From positions 1 through 64,000 of the IMG/VR virus record IMGVR_UViG_3300045988_171725: a stretch of 64,000 bases of DNA; one strand, 5' to 3'. Both the position numbers and the translations under genes were made by a program. This DNA is from a virus. This document shows, one piece after another, positions 15,667 to 24,438 of the stretch (its first letter is position 1; each line of letters starts with the position of its first letter). The notes under the pieces were generated by a model that did no database searches, was not told the origin of the DNA, and saw only the letters and a list, made by a program, of their open reading frames with translations.

Positions 15667-15931
15667 TTCCTCTTCCCATCTCCCAAAAACCCTCTTTTTC
15701 TCTCTTTATCCCGCCTTTCGTAAAAAAAATTTTTCCAAACCCGCCTATAAAACCTCTAAATTCCACTTTTATCCCCCCCCCATCGAGTCACCCCCTCTAA
15801 CTTGCTGGTAACTTGCTGGCAACTTGCAGACCCCCTTCAAATCCCCAATTTACATTCGCCTCTCCCATTTCCCACTCCCCCTCACCCCTTTCCCCAAAAA
15901 ATAAAAAAATCAAAAATCCCCCTCAAATCGC
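15667..15931. repeat. C-rich, G-depleted intergenic tract (plus strand)
   Basis: About 265 nt with very few G. Contains runs CCCCCCCCC (15773-15781), CCCCC and CCCC. The complement carries a GGGG-N3-GGGG-N3-GGGGG-N3-GGG-N4-GGG run. Confidence 0.6.
15798..15830. repeat. tandem 11-mers TAACTTGCTGG x2 + CAACTTGCAGA
   Basis: Three head-to-tail copies with an 11-bp period. Confidence 0.7.
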
Positions 15932-15960
15932 TTGACAAAACCCTTCTCTTATGCTATACT
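15932..15960 (+). promoter_or_regulatory. sigma-A-type promoter P5
   Basis: ATCGC-TTGACA 15932-15937, 17 nt, TGcTATACT ending 15960. Confidence 0.7.
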
Positions 15961-15982
15961 ATACTCAAACAAGGAGGCACCT

Positions 15983-16366
15983 ATGGAACTCAAAATAACC
16001 GAACGCGGCTGGCCCGCTCATTATATCTGCGCCGAATCATGCACATTCCGTCGCAATACCCTCATCGAATACGCCGACTTAAAATGGGTCGTCTCAACAG
16101 TCGGTCGTCAGCGTCCCATCGACAATTCAGACTGGTGGGTGAAAATCGGTCCTAACCGCTATTACGAAACGATGGCGTTCAAAGCCAAGCAAGACGGAAT
16201 TTATTGGGATGCGGATACGTCTAACCCCATTGACTTCGACAGTGCGTGGGCGATACACGATTGCGCCGAAGACAGCGAATTTCGGGCAAATGAAATGCAC
16301 GACAGGGTGGTCTCGGAATTAAGCGAGAAAATCAAAAAGGCTTACGGAAAAGGAGACAAAATATGA
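15983..16366 (+). CDS. hypothetical protein (127 aa)
   Basis: AAGGAGG RBS before ATG 15983, which lies downstream of P5. Confidence 0.65.
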   Translation: MELKITERGWPAHYICAESCTFRRNTLIEYADLKWVVSTVGRQRPIDNSDWWVKIGPNRYYETMAFKAKQDGIYWDADTSNPIDFDSAWAIHDCAEDSEFRANEMHDRVVSELSEKIKKAYGKGDKI

Positions 16367-16851
16367 AATTCGAAGAATGCAAAGTTGGCGATATCGTCAC
16401 ACCGAAAACAAATGAAATAAAAACCCGCAACCTTTGTGCCAGCGCAATCTCTTATACAACATTTACAAAGGAATTTATAATAACTGGACTTAATTACGGT
16501 ACGAAGACTGTTTATATAACCCCGAGAAGTCCCACAATCGAAAGCGGATATGAGTTTGTCGATCCATCATGTCTTAACCCCGCCAACTTCCACAAATTCT
16601 CAATGTCCGACGCGCTTCACAGCAAGCCAATCACCCGCCCGCAAACGCCCGATTACAAACTCGACTTCGAGGTACGCCGCGAGAAAAATGAGCTTTCGGC
16701 TTATTACCACGGCGTTAAACTCGCGACCGTGCGCTGCCACCCAGACGACACTTACGACGAGGAGTTCGGACTTCACCTTTTGCTCCGCCGCGCGTGTCTG
16801 AAACTCAAAGACGAACACACGGTGGTCGAAACGGTGGAAGAACTCTTATGA
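16363..16851 (+). CDS. hypothetical protein (162 aa)
   Basis: AAGGAGA RBS. ATGA overlap with the upstream gene. Confidence 0.65.
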   Translation: MKFEECKVGDIVTPKTNEIKTRNLCASAISYTTFTKEFIITGLNYGTKTVYITPRSPTIESGYEFVDPSCLNPANFHKFSMSDALHSKPITRPQTPDYKLDFEVRREKNELSAYYHGVKLATVRCHPDDTYDEEFGLHLLLRRACLKLKDEHTVVETVEELL

Positions 16852-17069
16852 GATACGATCTCTGTTACGTAGGACAGACCGTCAAAACGCATTCCATAGA
16901 AACAAGCTTTGGAACTGGAGTATTATTTGATAAAGAAATACTTCTGCGAATAATTCATCTAAATCCAGAAACTCACACTGTGGACGTTTGTATGGTAGAA
17001 GATTACGGTTATTATAATTGCGTCCTACCACGCACTCTAAAAAATGCAAAATTACATTTGGGCGGCTAA
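16848..17069 (+). CDS. hypothetical small protein (73 aa)
   Basis: ATGA overlap with the upstream stop (translational coupling). Confidence 0.55.
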   Translation: MRYDLCYVGQTVKTHSIETSFGTGVLFDKEILLRIIHLNPETHTVDVCMVEDYGYYNCVLPRTLKNAKLHLGG

Positions 17070-17113
17070 AATCGATTTTAACTTTTTAGCGTTTTCGAAA
17101 ATTTAAAAAAATC

Positions 17114-17178
17114 AAAAAAACCGACTTTGCATTAAAACTGCGTATTTTTCAACAGTTTCTATGCAGAATCGGTTTTTT
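17114..17178. terminator. bidirectional terminator-like hairpin
   Basis: 12-bp stem with one mismatch (17121-17132 with 17161-17172), A run before it and T run after it. Confidence 0.5.
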
Positions 17179-17207
17179 AAACTGCTCGAAATCGACGGGT
17201 TTAAAGT

Positions 17208-17247
17208 GACCCAATAAAGACCCAATGTTTAATACTTTTGACCCAAT
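17208..17247. repeat. three phased direct repeats GACCCAAT
   Basis: Copies at 17208, 17219 and 17240, spaced 11 and 21 bp apart (helical phasing). Confidence 0.65.
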
Positions 17248-17358
17248 ACGGATTTACGTTTAAAATAACAAACATAAATTCAAACACGTCTTTTGTTCTA
17301 ATCCACGCGAAAAGTCGGTTTCGGCTCGGTTCAGGCAATCTTATTCGTGATTTCAAGC

Positions 17359-17415
17359 TAACATCGATTTTATCAATCTAACATTCGGATGTTAAATGCC
17401 TAAAACGAATGTTAC
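17359..17415. repeat. cluster of four TAACAT(Y)CG sites (two direct, two inverted)
   Basis: TAACATCG at 17359, TAACATTCG at 17379, inverted copies ending 17394 and 17414. Includes the hairpin TAACAT-TCGG-ATGTTA. Confidence 0.6.
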
Positions 17416-17477
17416 TATATCACTCTACTGATACAAAACCGTCTCGCCCGTTTTTATCCTGTGATTTTAAGTAAGCA

Positions 17478-17512
17478 AAAAGCCCCGCCGAAACGGAGCT
17501 TTGTTTTTTTTA
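17478..17512. terminator. bidirectional rho-independent terminator
   Basis: AGCCCCG-loop-CGGAGCT stem flanked by an A run and a T run. Sits directly after the stop of the minus-strand gene at 17522. Confidence 0.6.
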
Positions 17513-17521
17513 GATGCCGAT

Positions 17522-17959
17522 TTAGCTTAATTTAATCGGTTCGAGATTATCTACGAGATTATTGGGAAGATAAAAGTAATACCACTTAGTCGCGTCGTAT
17601 TTTAATCTCGCCAAAGTCTTATTCTCTTCCGTAATTTGATTCACAATTTCGATTCTTTCCAGTCCAGAAATATTCTCGCTTTTAAGCGCTTCTGAATAAG
17701 TCATTTTTGCGCTCTCGAATTGCTTTATGTCGTTTTCAAACATTCGAATATGAATTCGCGCTCCGAAAAACATACTTAAACCAAGAACCGCGACGGCTAC
17801 CACGATATTGATTTTACCATACGTCGTTAAATATGTTTTATCTGTTTTGGTATCCCAATCAGTAAACTCGTTATCAAAGTCCATCTCATCATTAATGGCC
17901 GCTATAATTATTAAAACCAATGCGGCTGCAACAATCCCTATAAAAAAACCTATTATCAT
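17522..17959 (-). CDS. membrane protein, two TM segments (145 aa)
   Basis: GGAGG RBS before ATG 17959. Hydrophobic stretches IIGFFIGIVAAALVLIIIAAI and NIVVAVAVLGLSMFFGA. Confidence 0.65.
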   Translation of the reverse strand: MIIGFFIGIVAAALVLIIIAAINDEMDFDNEFTDWDTKTDKTYLTTYGKINIVVAVAVLGLSMFFGARIHIRMFENDIKQFESAKMTYSEALKSENISGLERIEIVNQITEENKTLARLKYDATKWYYFYLPNNLVDNLEPIKLS

Positions 17960-17961
17960 TT

Positions 17962-18717
17962 TTAATCCTCCAAAATTATACACCCTACTTTATGGCTTAA
18001 TACTGTCGTTGTGTCTAGCCCGATCAACCTACGCTCTTTATCAACGTAAATATCACCATCTACTGCTTCCCACTTCCCAGCAAACTTCTCATTCAGCTCT
18101 TTCGCTCGCCAGTGTCCGAATACGATGATTTGGTTGGGTTTTACTTTAATCTCATCAAAGGCTCTTATATAATCTGGAGTGTTTGCCCACGAAGCGATTG
18201 CCCAGTCACCTCCGCCGAATTCTTCCAGTCCCAAACCGCGAGTAAAATAATCCATTGGAACGAACCCGTGTGTAAAAATGCAATGCTTTGTCTCGAAATA
18301 CCACGGAAGCGATTTTAGCCAGTCGTAAAATCCAACATTAATCATCACTTTTGCCGCGTCGAATTGCAGATAATAATCGCGTTTTACCTGATTTGGGTAA
18401 CGCCCCAAAAACGAAGCGAACGTGTTGTGCTCGCCGTTGTATATATCGGTTTCGGTTAGCTGCCTGCGCTCAATTGCGTCGATAAGAATACTCTCGTGAT
18501 TTCCTCGAATACAAATCGGCTTATTTGTGTGATGGGGCGAAGTAAGATACTTCCAAATATTTACGCAATCCGAATTACTCCGCGCCGCCCTGCCGAAATA
18601 ATCCCCGCACCCGATGAGTTGGTGTTGTGGGTTCGCCGCGTCATAACCCATTTCGGTAATCGCGGTTATAAGCGCTTCATAATTACCGTGCGGGTCTGCA
18701 AAAACAAAATACGTCAT
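17962..18717 (-). CDS. calcineurin-like metallophosphoesterase (Ser/Thr phosphatase-like)
   Basis: Motifs DPHG, GDYFGR, GNHE, FTHG and FGHW in canonical order. Confidence 0.8.
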   Translation of the reverse strand: MTYFVFADPHGNYEALITAITEMGYDAANPQHQLIGCGDYFGRAARSNSDCVNIWKYLTSPHHTNKPICIRGNHESILIDAIERRQLTETDIYNGEHNTFASFLGRYPNQVKRDYYLQFDAAKVMINVGFYDWLKSLPWYFETKHCIFTHGFVPMDYFTRGLGLEEFGGGDWAIASWANTPDYIRAFDEIKVKPNQIIVFGHWRAKELNEKFAGKWEAVDGDIYVDKERRLIGLDTTTVLSHKVGCIILED

Positions 18718-18729
18718 TTATTACCTCCA

Positions 18730-19248
18730 TTATACATAAATAAAATGGTATGAATTATTACAAACGGGAATATTTAAGTCAAGACTTCTCTTTATTGTGT
18801 CTCTTTTGATATTTGTTTGTCTTGCAGCTTCGCGTATTGAAAAATAAACACAGTCACTGATTATATCTTTGATTGTTTTTTGATTTGGTTGGTTTTGAAA
18901 AGTGTTATGTTTGAATGTTAACCCCGTTTGATAAGCATGCGTAACGTTTTCACTTACCGTGACCCATTCTAAATTACACACTCTATTATCGGTTTTTATC
19001 CCATTTATATGGTTGACAACAGGTTTGTTATCAGGGTTACAAATAAACGCTTGTGCTACCAAATTATGTATCATAACAGTATGTCTCTTATTATTAACAC
19101 AAAACTCGATCGCAAAATATCCGCGATTAGACAATTGTTTTTTCATATTTCTAATTTTATTAAAACGGATGCTCCTAACATTCCCGAGATTACTTACTTG
19201 ATACAGGTTTTCAAATCCCAATACGCTTTTCCATATTTCTTCAACCAT
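18730..19248 (-). CDS. HNH homing endonuclease (NUMOD4 + HNH_3 type)
   Basis: IWKSVLGFENLYQVSNLGNVRS (NUMOD4-like). VNHINGIKTDNRVCNLEWVTVSEN (HNH). C-terminal HTH-like IREAARQTNIKRDTIKRSL. Confidence 0.8.
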   Translation of the reverse strand: MVEEIWKSVLGFENLYQVSNLGNVRSIRFNKIRNMKKQLSNRGYFAIEFCVNNKRHTVMIHNLVAQAFICNPDNKPVVNHINGIKTDNRVCNLEWVTVSENVTHAYQTGLTFKHNTFQNQPNQKTIKDIISDCVYFSIREAARQTNIKRDTIKRSLDLNIPVCNNSYHFIYV

Positions 19249-19733
19249 TATTTGATCTCCTTAATTTCGGGGTCTATCGGGTTTCCGTTTGTGTCTAAAA
19301 CAACTGCGTATTTAACGAGATAGGCCGTGTAAACAATGTCACCGTTTTTATGCGTTTCGCGGAATATATTTCCATTGTCATCTTCGATCCAACACCATTC
19401 GCAAAGTTGGTTGCACGTAAGATCTAGCAATTTTTTCCTATCGGTAATTCCGCCAAACATTTCGAGATTTTTTGCATAAAGGCTATCAACAATTTTTTCT
19501 TTAATCGCGTTTATATCGGTTTCGTTTTTGCCGATTTCGACGTCAATTTTATAGGTTTTTAACTCATACCTTTTTTGAGTGATTTTTTCGAAATCAGAGG
19601 TGTTAAGCCAAATAACATATTTGCCCCAAACATTTATACTTGTATAGTAGGCGCAAAAAGGTTTTGATTCTTCGATTATATCGGCATATCCGTTATTTTT
19701 AAAATACTTCTCTGCTTTGTTGATGTCTATCAT
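19248..19733 (-). CDS. hypothetical protein (161 aa)
   Basis: GGAGGT RBS before ATG 19733. First gene downstream of promoter P6. Confidence 0.6.
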   Translation of the reverse strand: MIDINKAEKYFKNNGYADIIEESKPFCAYYTSINVWGKYVIWLNTSDFEKITQKRYELKTYKIDVEIGKNETDINAIKEKIVDSLYAKNLEMFGGITDRKKLLDLTCNQLCEWCWIEDDNGNIFRETHKNGDIVYTAYLVKYAVVLDTNGNPIDPEIKEIK

Positions 19734-19755
19734 ATTTACCTCCATCTTCGCTTCT

Positions 19756-19784
19756 ATTATACCATGCCGTAACACGTTTGTCAA
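19756..19784 (-). promoter_or_regulatory. sigma-A-type promoter P6 (minus strand)
   Basis: The reverse complement reads AAACGC-TTGACA-17-TGgTATAAT. Confidence 0.75.
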
Positions 19785-19899
19785 GCGTTTTATTAAACTT
19801 TTTTGTGTCACCGCGTTGTCACAATTGTGCAAGTGGTTGTTGCACAAATTACGCCGCTCACAAATACGGCGAATTCGCCATAATTAAGATTAAGCGGTG

Positions 19900-19925
19900 A
19901 TAACCCCTCACTTTCGAGGGGTTAT
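19900..19925 (-). terminator. terminator-like hairpin after the 19937 gene
   Basis: 10-bp perfect stem ATAACCCCTC / GAGGGGTTAT with a 6-nt loop. The U tract is poor. Confidence 0.45.
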
Positions 19926-19936
19926 TCGGGGTTACA

Positions 19937-20563
19937 TTAGTTGGGCTTTTCTTCCGTCTTTTTCCCGAACGCCTTATCAACCGCTTCATTATCAATCATG
20001 TCTTTGAGGTTGTTCAACGCGGGGTCATTCATACGAGCAATATCGGCAATGTTTTTAATCACTTCGGGATCAATCTCGTCTTTCATTCCACGGATTTTTT
20101 CCGTGACTTCTCTCAAACCGCCAACGTCAACTTCTCTTATGCTCTGAACCAGTTCCATAAGGTTTTGGTACGAAAGCGTGCGTTCCATCATACGGACGAG
20201 ACGGTCGTAATCTTTCCCGCAAAATTCGAGAATATAATCGGCAAGCCCAGACTGATAAATCAGGTCGTAATTCTCGTAATTCTTTATCTCGATATTCACC
20301 TCGGGTTCGATGTTTACATACGAGAGAAGCCCGTCGAAGCAACACGCGATTTCGAGTCCCGCCGTGAAAAATGTTTCGGGAACGTCGATATCTTTATCGC
20401 TGTCTATGATCATACGAACGAGCGCGACGACCTTATCCTGCATCGGCAAATAAGCACGGATTACAAGACCTTGAAGCATGTCGTTATAAGCTTTAACGGT
20501 CGCTTCGTCTTCGGGATTTTTGATGAACGCGTCACAAACGTCTAATATTTCTTGAAGTTTCAT
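19937..20563 (-). CDS. hypothetical protein (208 aa)
   Basis: AGGAGGG RBS before ATG 20563. Confidence 0.6.
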   Translation of the reverse strand: MKLQEILDVCDAFIKNPEDEATVKAYNDMLQGLVIRAYLPMQDKVVALVRMIIDSDKDIDVPETFFTAGLEIACCFDGLLSYVNIEPEVNIEIKNYENYDLIYQSGLADYILEFCGKDYDRLVRMMERTLSYQNLMELVQSIREVDVGGLREVTEKIRGMKDEIDPEVIKNIADIARMNDPALNNLKDMIDNEAVDKAFGKKTEEKPN

Positions 20564-20564
20564 T

Positions 20565-20930
20565 TTAACCCTCCTGCTCGTCAGGTTCCCCACCGAGCAT
20601 AACTATTTCTTCTTTGGGAATTGTGTAATACCAATTGCCGTGCAATTTTACCATCGCGCGAAGTGCATACGGGAAAATGCTCGTCATTTCCCACGTAAGG
20701 TTGTCGGTAAATACCGCGCAATCGTCTTCTGTCGGCATCAGGTCTTTGGTGATGAGTTCGAGCTTTGCTTTACAACCTTGTTTTGCAAGCTTTTCAGTTA
20801 CTTCTTCGTAATGTTTCTGCCCACCAAGGTAATAACATCTGTGCCCCTGTGAAAATTCCTCCTGAATCATTGCGATGAGGAATTGAGTTTTTCCGCCCCT
20901 CTTCGGGGCAACATATCCGAGTTTAATCAT
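20565..20930 (-). CDS. small P-loop protein (121 aa)
   Basis: Walker A-like APKRGGKT near the N-terminus. Confidence 0.55.
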   Translation of the reverse strand: MIKLGYVAPKRGGKTQFLIAMIQEEFSQGHRCYYLGGQKHYEEVTEKLAKQGCKAKLELITKDLMPTEDDCAVFTDNLTWEMTSIFPYALRAMVKLHGNWYYTIPKEEIVMLGGEPDEQEG

Positions 20931-21498
20931 TCTTGTCTATTTCCTTTTTTAATTTTTCGTTATTTATTTTGAGCAAATTTTCGGCTGCTCCACACGGATA
21001 AAATTCCGTGCATTTCCCGTTTCGATAAACGCATTCAGGAACGAGAAGCCCGATAAACTCTGGGCATAATTCTTCTACCTGTTTACATATTTCTTTCATA
21101 ACCGCTCTAGTTTCGACGGAAGCTTGCGAACACAATCTCTTATGAGACATAAAAATCAACTCTTGTGCGTTTATGCTCATTACGTGAGAAACTATCGTGT
21201 CTTGCGTTGCCTTTCTTCTATCATAATTATCTTGGCGATCATTACGCTGCGTTTGGACGTAATGATTTACCCCGATATGATGGCGAACAAAATGCACCGA
21301 GACGTAATATGGTATTTGCATCTTTATCCCAAACCATAATTCTCTGATTGGGCTATGTCCCGCTTCGAGAATTTTATGTTTCCATTCTGCCGTTGGAAGT
21401 TTCGCTGATGTTTTACCGACGGTATTTAATGTGCAAGTTTTACACCACATCCAATCTTCGTCGGTCGGGTGTTTTAATATTTCGACTTTAAAGTCCAT
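20923..21498 (-). CDS. divergent ThyX-like (flavin-dependent thymidylate synthase fold) protein
   Basis: GHSPIRELWFGIKMQIPYYVSVHFVRHHIGVNHYVQTQRNDR parallels the ThyX HxS..E...F.I......S.Q.VRHR....SQQSQRY block, but RHR is RHH and SQRY is TQRN. A later SHKRLCSQASVETR parallels R.C..AQ.EIR. Confidence 0.55.
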   Translation of the reverse strand: MDFKVEILKHPTDEDWMWCKTCTLNTVGKTSAKLPTAEWKHKILEAGHSPIRELWFGIKMQIPYYVSVHFVRHHIGVNHYVQTQRNDRQDNYDRRKATQDTIVSHVMSINAQELIFMSHKRLCSQASVETRAVMKEICKQVEELCPEFIGLLVPECVYRNGKCTEFYPCGAAENLLKINNEKLKKEIDKND

Positions 21499-22466
21499 CA
21501 GTACACCTCGTCTGCAAGAGATTTTATTTTTGGTTTCTCTATACCATATTGTTCGAATAAATCTATTTGCGGAGCATATTCTCCAAAGTATTTTGCTTCT
21601 GCCTCTAAACGAGCTTTTATAGCTTCATCCTTTTCTTTAAATCGTTTATGAAGTTTATAATCATCATCTATTTTTAACGTCGCCATCCACAATGAACGTT
21701 CTTTACACCAATGAACGCCGATAACTCCAGAAGTGTTTGTGCATTTTATTCCTTTATTGAAATTATTTTCTCTTTGCGAGCACTTGCGCAAATTGTTCCG
21801 ACGGTTATTTAATTCATTTCTATCTATGTGATCGTAATTTGAAAAACCAAGATATACATGTTGCCTTATCTTTTTCCCGTTTACAACCCCGCTTAACCTT
21901 TTCATATTGGTCCATTCTGTATTTTCAATCCAATAAATATCTTTTACTTTTTCATAATCTTCTAAATCAATATAAAACGGTGTTCCTTTTTGTGTATATC
22001 CAACAACATAATTTTCATGTATTTCATATTTATTTCTTTTTCTACGCTGTTCTCGTTCTTCTTTTGCTAAACAACCACAAGATAATCTACTTCCATATAA
22101 AATACTTCCGCCAGATAATTCAAATTGTTTTTTGTTTCCACATCGGCATTCACACATCCACATCCAATTATTTTGCTTATTTTGTTTTGTGCGATAAATT
22201 ACTTTGATACGGCTTCTAGGAATTCCGTGTTCCCACATTTTCCAACCCGTAATATCCTTAAAATAACGATTTTCTTTTTTATAACATCCGCAACTTATGT
22301 TATCCTCGTGTCTTAAATCATATGAGGATTTAATAACCTCTTTACCACATTCACATAAACACTTCCATTTTGTGACATGACCACCTTTTGGTGAAACATA
22401 AGTTGGTGCTCTTTCTATTACGGTAAGCCTCCCGAATTTTCGTCCAGTCAAATCTTTTAATGCCAT
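21498..22466 (-). CDS. HNH-AP2 type homing endonuclease (paralogue of 14764-15666)
   Basis: TGRKFGRLTVI, Cys clusters, YDHIDRNELNNRRNNLRKCSQREN, GVIGVHWCKERSLWMATL...FKEKDEAIKARLEAE. The second ATG (22466) has a GGAG RBS and avoids overlap with the upstream gene. Confidence 0.8.
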   Translation of the reverse strand: MALKDLTGRKFGRLTVIERAPTYVSPKGGHVTKWKCLCECGKEVIKSSYDLRHEDNISCGCYKKENRYFKDITGWKMWEHGIPRSRIKVIYRTKQNKQNNWMWMCECRCGNKKQFELSGGSILYGSRLSCGCLAKEEREQRRKRNKYEIHENYVVGYTQKGTPFYIDLEDYEKVKDIYWIENTEWTNMKRLSGVVNGKKIRQHVYLGFSNYDHIDRNELNNRRNNLRKCSQRENNFNKGIKCTNTSGVIGVHWCKERSLWMATLKIDDDYKLHKRFKEKDEAIKARLEAEAKYFGEYAPQIDLFEQYGIEKPKIKSLADEVY

Positions 22467-22467
22467 T

Positions 22468-23199
22468 TTAATTAACTCCATCTGCCCAAGAGCAAAATTT
22501 CGACCTGTAAACTTTCGTTAGTTTGACTTCTGTAACAAAATCACAATCAGTGACTGCGTTCATATATTTTGGTAACGCTGAATCGGAAGGATACTTCAAA
22601 TCACATTGAGAAGAACATCCCAAAACAACAACTTTACAATTTTTCCCAACTCTTGTCAGCACCTTCTTTGCTTTTCTCATGTCATAATTCTCGAATTCAT
22701 CTACGATTATAAAAGCATTATCTATGGTTTGTCCCCGCATAAACGTTTCGCCTGTAAAAATAACTTTCGCCGAACCAAATTTTTGCGCTTCCATATCGTC
22801 ATCACTAATAATTGTTTGGGCGGGATCATATCCCCATTGTAATATTGCCTGATCAAGAGCCGTCCTCATCGGCAAACATTTTGTGTTAAAATCTCCAGGT
22901 AACATCCCAATCGAAGATACCTCTACCGTTGGGTTAATTATATAGTACATTTTGTCAAACATTTTAAGTTCATTTGTCATAAGTAGTCCACATCCGACCG
23001 CTATACTAGTTTTTGATGTCCCAGCCTTCGCGTTTACAAAAATACCAATATTTTTCTCGTTGAAAATTGCTTTAATATAATCTTTTTGTTCATCGTCTAA
23101 TTCATAAGGGAATCTTTTCCAATAAGTATAATCCAATGGGTTTTTTAAAATTTCTATTTGTTTTCGTTCAGTATTTGCATTACCTTTTCTTGTCGCCAT
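22468..23199 (-). CDS. phoH: PhoH-like ATPase
   Basis: NAKAGTSKTS (Walker A), LPGDFNTKCLPMRTALDQA, FMRGQTIDNAFIIVDEFENY, LTRVGKNCKVVVLGCSSQCDL. Confidence 0.8.
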   Translation of the reverse strand: MATRKGNANTERKQIEILKNPLDYTYWKRFPYELDDEQKDYIKAIFNEKNIGIFVNAKAGTSKTSIAVGCGLLMTNELKMFDKMYYIINPTVEVSSIGMLPGDFNTKCLPMRTALDQAILQWGYDPAQTIISDDDMEAQKFGSAKVIFTGETFMRGQTIDNAFIIVDEFENYDMRKAKKVLTRVGKNCKVVVLGCSSQCDLKYPSDSALPKYMNAVTDCDFVTEVKLTKVYRSKFCSWADGVN

Positions 23200-23207
23200 A
23201 AATCACC

Positions 23208-23900
23208 TTATATCAATTCTGAAAAATCTGTTACCATTGCGTCTACTACGCCGAGTTGTAACTGTTCGTCGCCATTAATAAACCATTCGGTCTTTTTCTT
23301 CTTGTTGAGCAAATCTTTTGAAATCTTTGTGCGGCTGGCCACATGCTCAAACAATTTTGCAAGAGTTTTATTATACTGCGCCGTATGTGATTTAATCGTT
23401 TCTGCTTCGCCTTCGAATGCACCAGAACCTTGATGACACAACGCTTGCGAACTCAAAAGCGCAAATCTCTTATGCCCAGAAATCAATATAAAGAATCCAC
23501 CAGACATTGCAACTCCCATGTTATAAGTATAAATCGGCGTTTTGGAAAGTTTAATAATATCAATCATCTGGAAAGTCGCATCTATTTCTCCGCCATAAGA
23601 ATTTATCATAATTTTGATCGGCTTTCTATCGGATATAGGAATTTTATTATCTTCATCTTCTTTATTCCAGAAAATTATGTTTTTAACTAATGGAACAATA
23701 CTTTCACGATAAATTTCATCATTAAGCCAAATTACTCGATTATCAAGGTTTTTATAATATGAGTAAAGCGCGGGGTTGGGTAATACAGGATCGTTTTGTT
23801 TGCGTTCAATTAAATCACTCATGAGCGCATCAACGTTTTGCTGCAATTTTTGGAATTGAGATACAAAATCCAAATCTTCAATTATTTTTTTATCTGCCAT
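23208..23900 (-). CDS. clpP: ClpP-like serine protease
   Basis: INSYGGEI, NMGVAMSGGFFIL and LCHQGSG correspond to the ClpP INSPGG / G.AASM / IHQP blocks. AAGGAGA RBS before ATG 23900. Confidence 0.8.
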   Translation of the reverse strand: MADKKIIEDLDFVSQFQKLQQNVDALMSDLIERKQNDPVLPNPALYSYYKNLDNRVIWLNDEIYRESIVPLVKNIIFWNKEDEDNKIPISDRKPIKIMINSYGGEIDATFQMIDIIKLSKTPIYTYNMGVAMSGGFFILISGHKRFALLSSQALCHQGSGAFEGEAETIKSHTAQYNKTLAKLFEHVASRTKISKDLLNKKKKTEWFINGDEQLQLGVVDAMVTDFSELI

Positions 23901-23935
23901 ATTTTCTCCTTCGACAATTCTCATTGTCTGAAACC

Positions 23936-23964
23936 ATTATAACACATATTTGATACATCGTCAA
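23936..23964 (-). promoter_or_regulatory. sigma-A-type promoter P10 (minus strand, ClpP operon)
   Basis: The reverse complement reads TTGACG-17-TGtTATAAT. Back to back with P7. Confidence 0.7.
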
Positions 23965-24020
23965 GTATATCTGTAAAAAATATTAAAAAAATTTTTTTTA
24001 TTTTTTTTGTGTACAAACGC

Positions 24021-24049
24021 TTGACGGATTAAATTTTCTATGTTATAAT
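24021..24049 (+). promoter_or_regulatory. sigma-A-type promoter P7 (drives a non-coding unit)
   Basis: AAACGC-TTGACG 24021-24026, 17 nt, TGtTATAAT 24044-24049, with a long A/T tract upstream. Confidence 0.75.
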
Positions 24050-24055
24050 CCCACC

Positions 24056-24438
24056 GAAACTGAATAGTTATCAGCGGACGCACCACCGCTTTAACAATAG
24101 GATAGCCGCAAATGTTGCCGCCACACACCGACATATTTTGCGTCAGAGGATCGTGGACACCAAACAAAACCTCAATAAAAAAGACGGTGGGTATAGGAAG
24201 GCGAAGAAGAGAGCGCTTACCTCGATAAAGACGTTATGGATTCGCGTGTAACGAGAGGTATGACGATGTGAAATCATTGTTTATATGTGTGTTATAGCAG
24301 AACGGAAACTCAAGCAGGGGAAGTTTGTGAAAAGGGTATAATGCCGTCCCGTTATTGCATGGGAGCATTATACCCAAAACACAGAACCATTTTTCTCGCA
24401 AAGGAAGGTTTGTGTTTATCATTTCTTTTTGTTTTTTT
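24056..24438 (+). ncRNA. orphan structured RNA of about 380 nt, unknown class
   Basis: Bounded by P7 and an intrinsic terminator (11-bp stem 24377-24388 with 24407-24417, then a T run to 24438). No + strand ORF with an RBS. Internal hairpins include GGGTATAATGC...GCATTATACCC (24334-24375), AGCGG-N8-CCGCT (24073-24090) and TACCTCG...CGAGGTA. Confidence 0.55.

Noticed and set aside
15581-16155. ORFs of 76 and 117 aa crossing the C-rich spacer
   Set aside because: They are Pro/Leu/Ser-rich translations of a C-rich tract, have no RBS, and run through promoter P5.
23961-24422. Minus-strand ORFs of 68 and 62 aa opposite the orphan RNA
   Set aside because: They have no RBS and lie upstream of the minus-strand promoter P10, so they are not in that transcript. 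Their composition is not protein-like.
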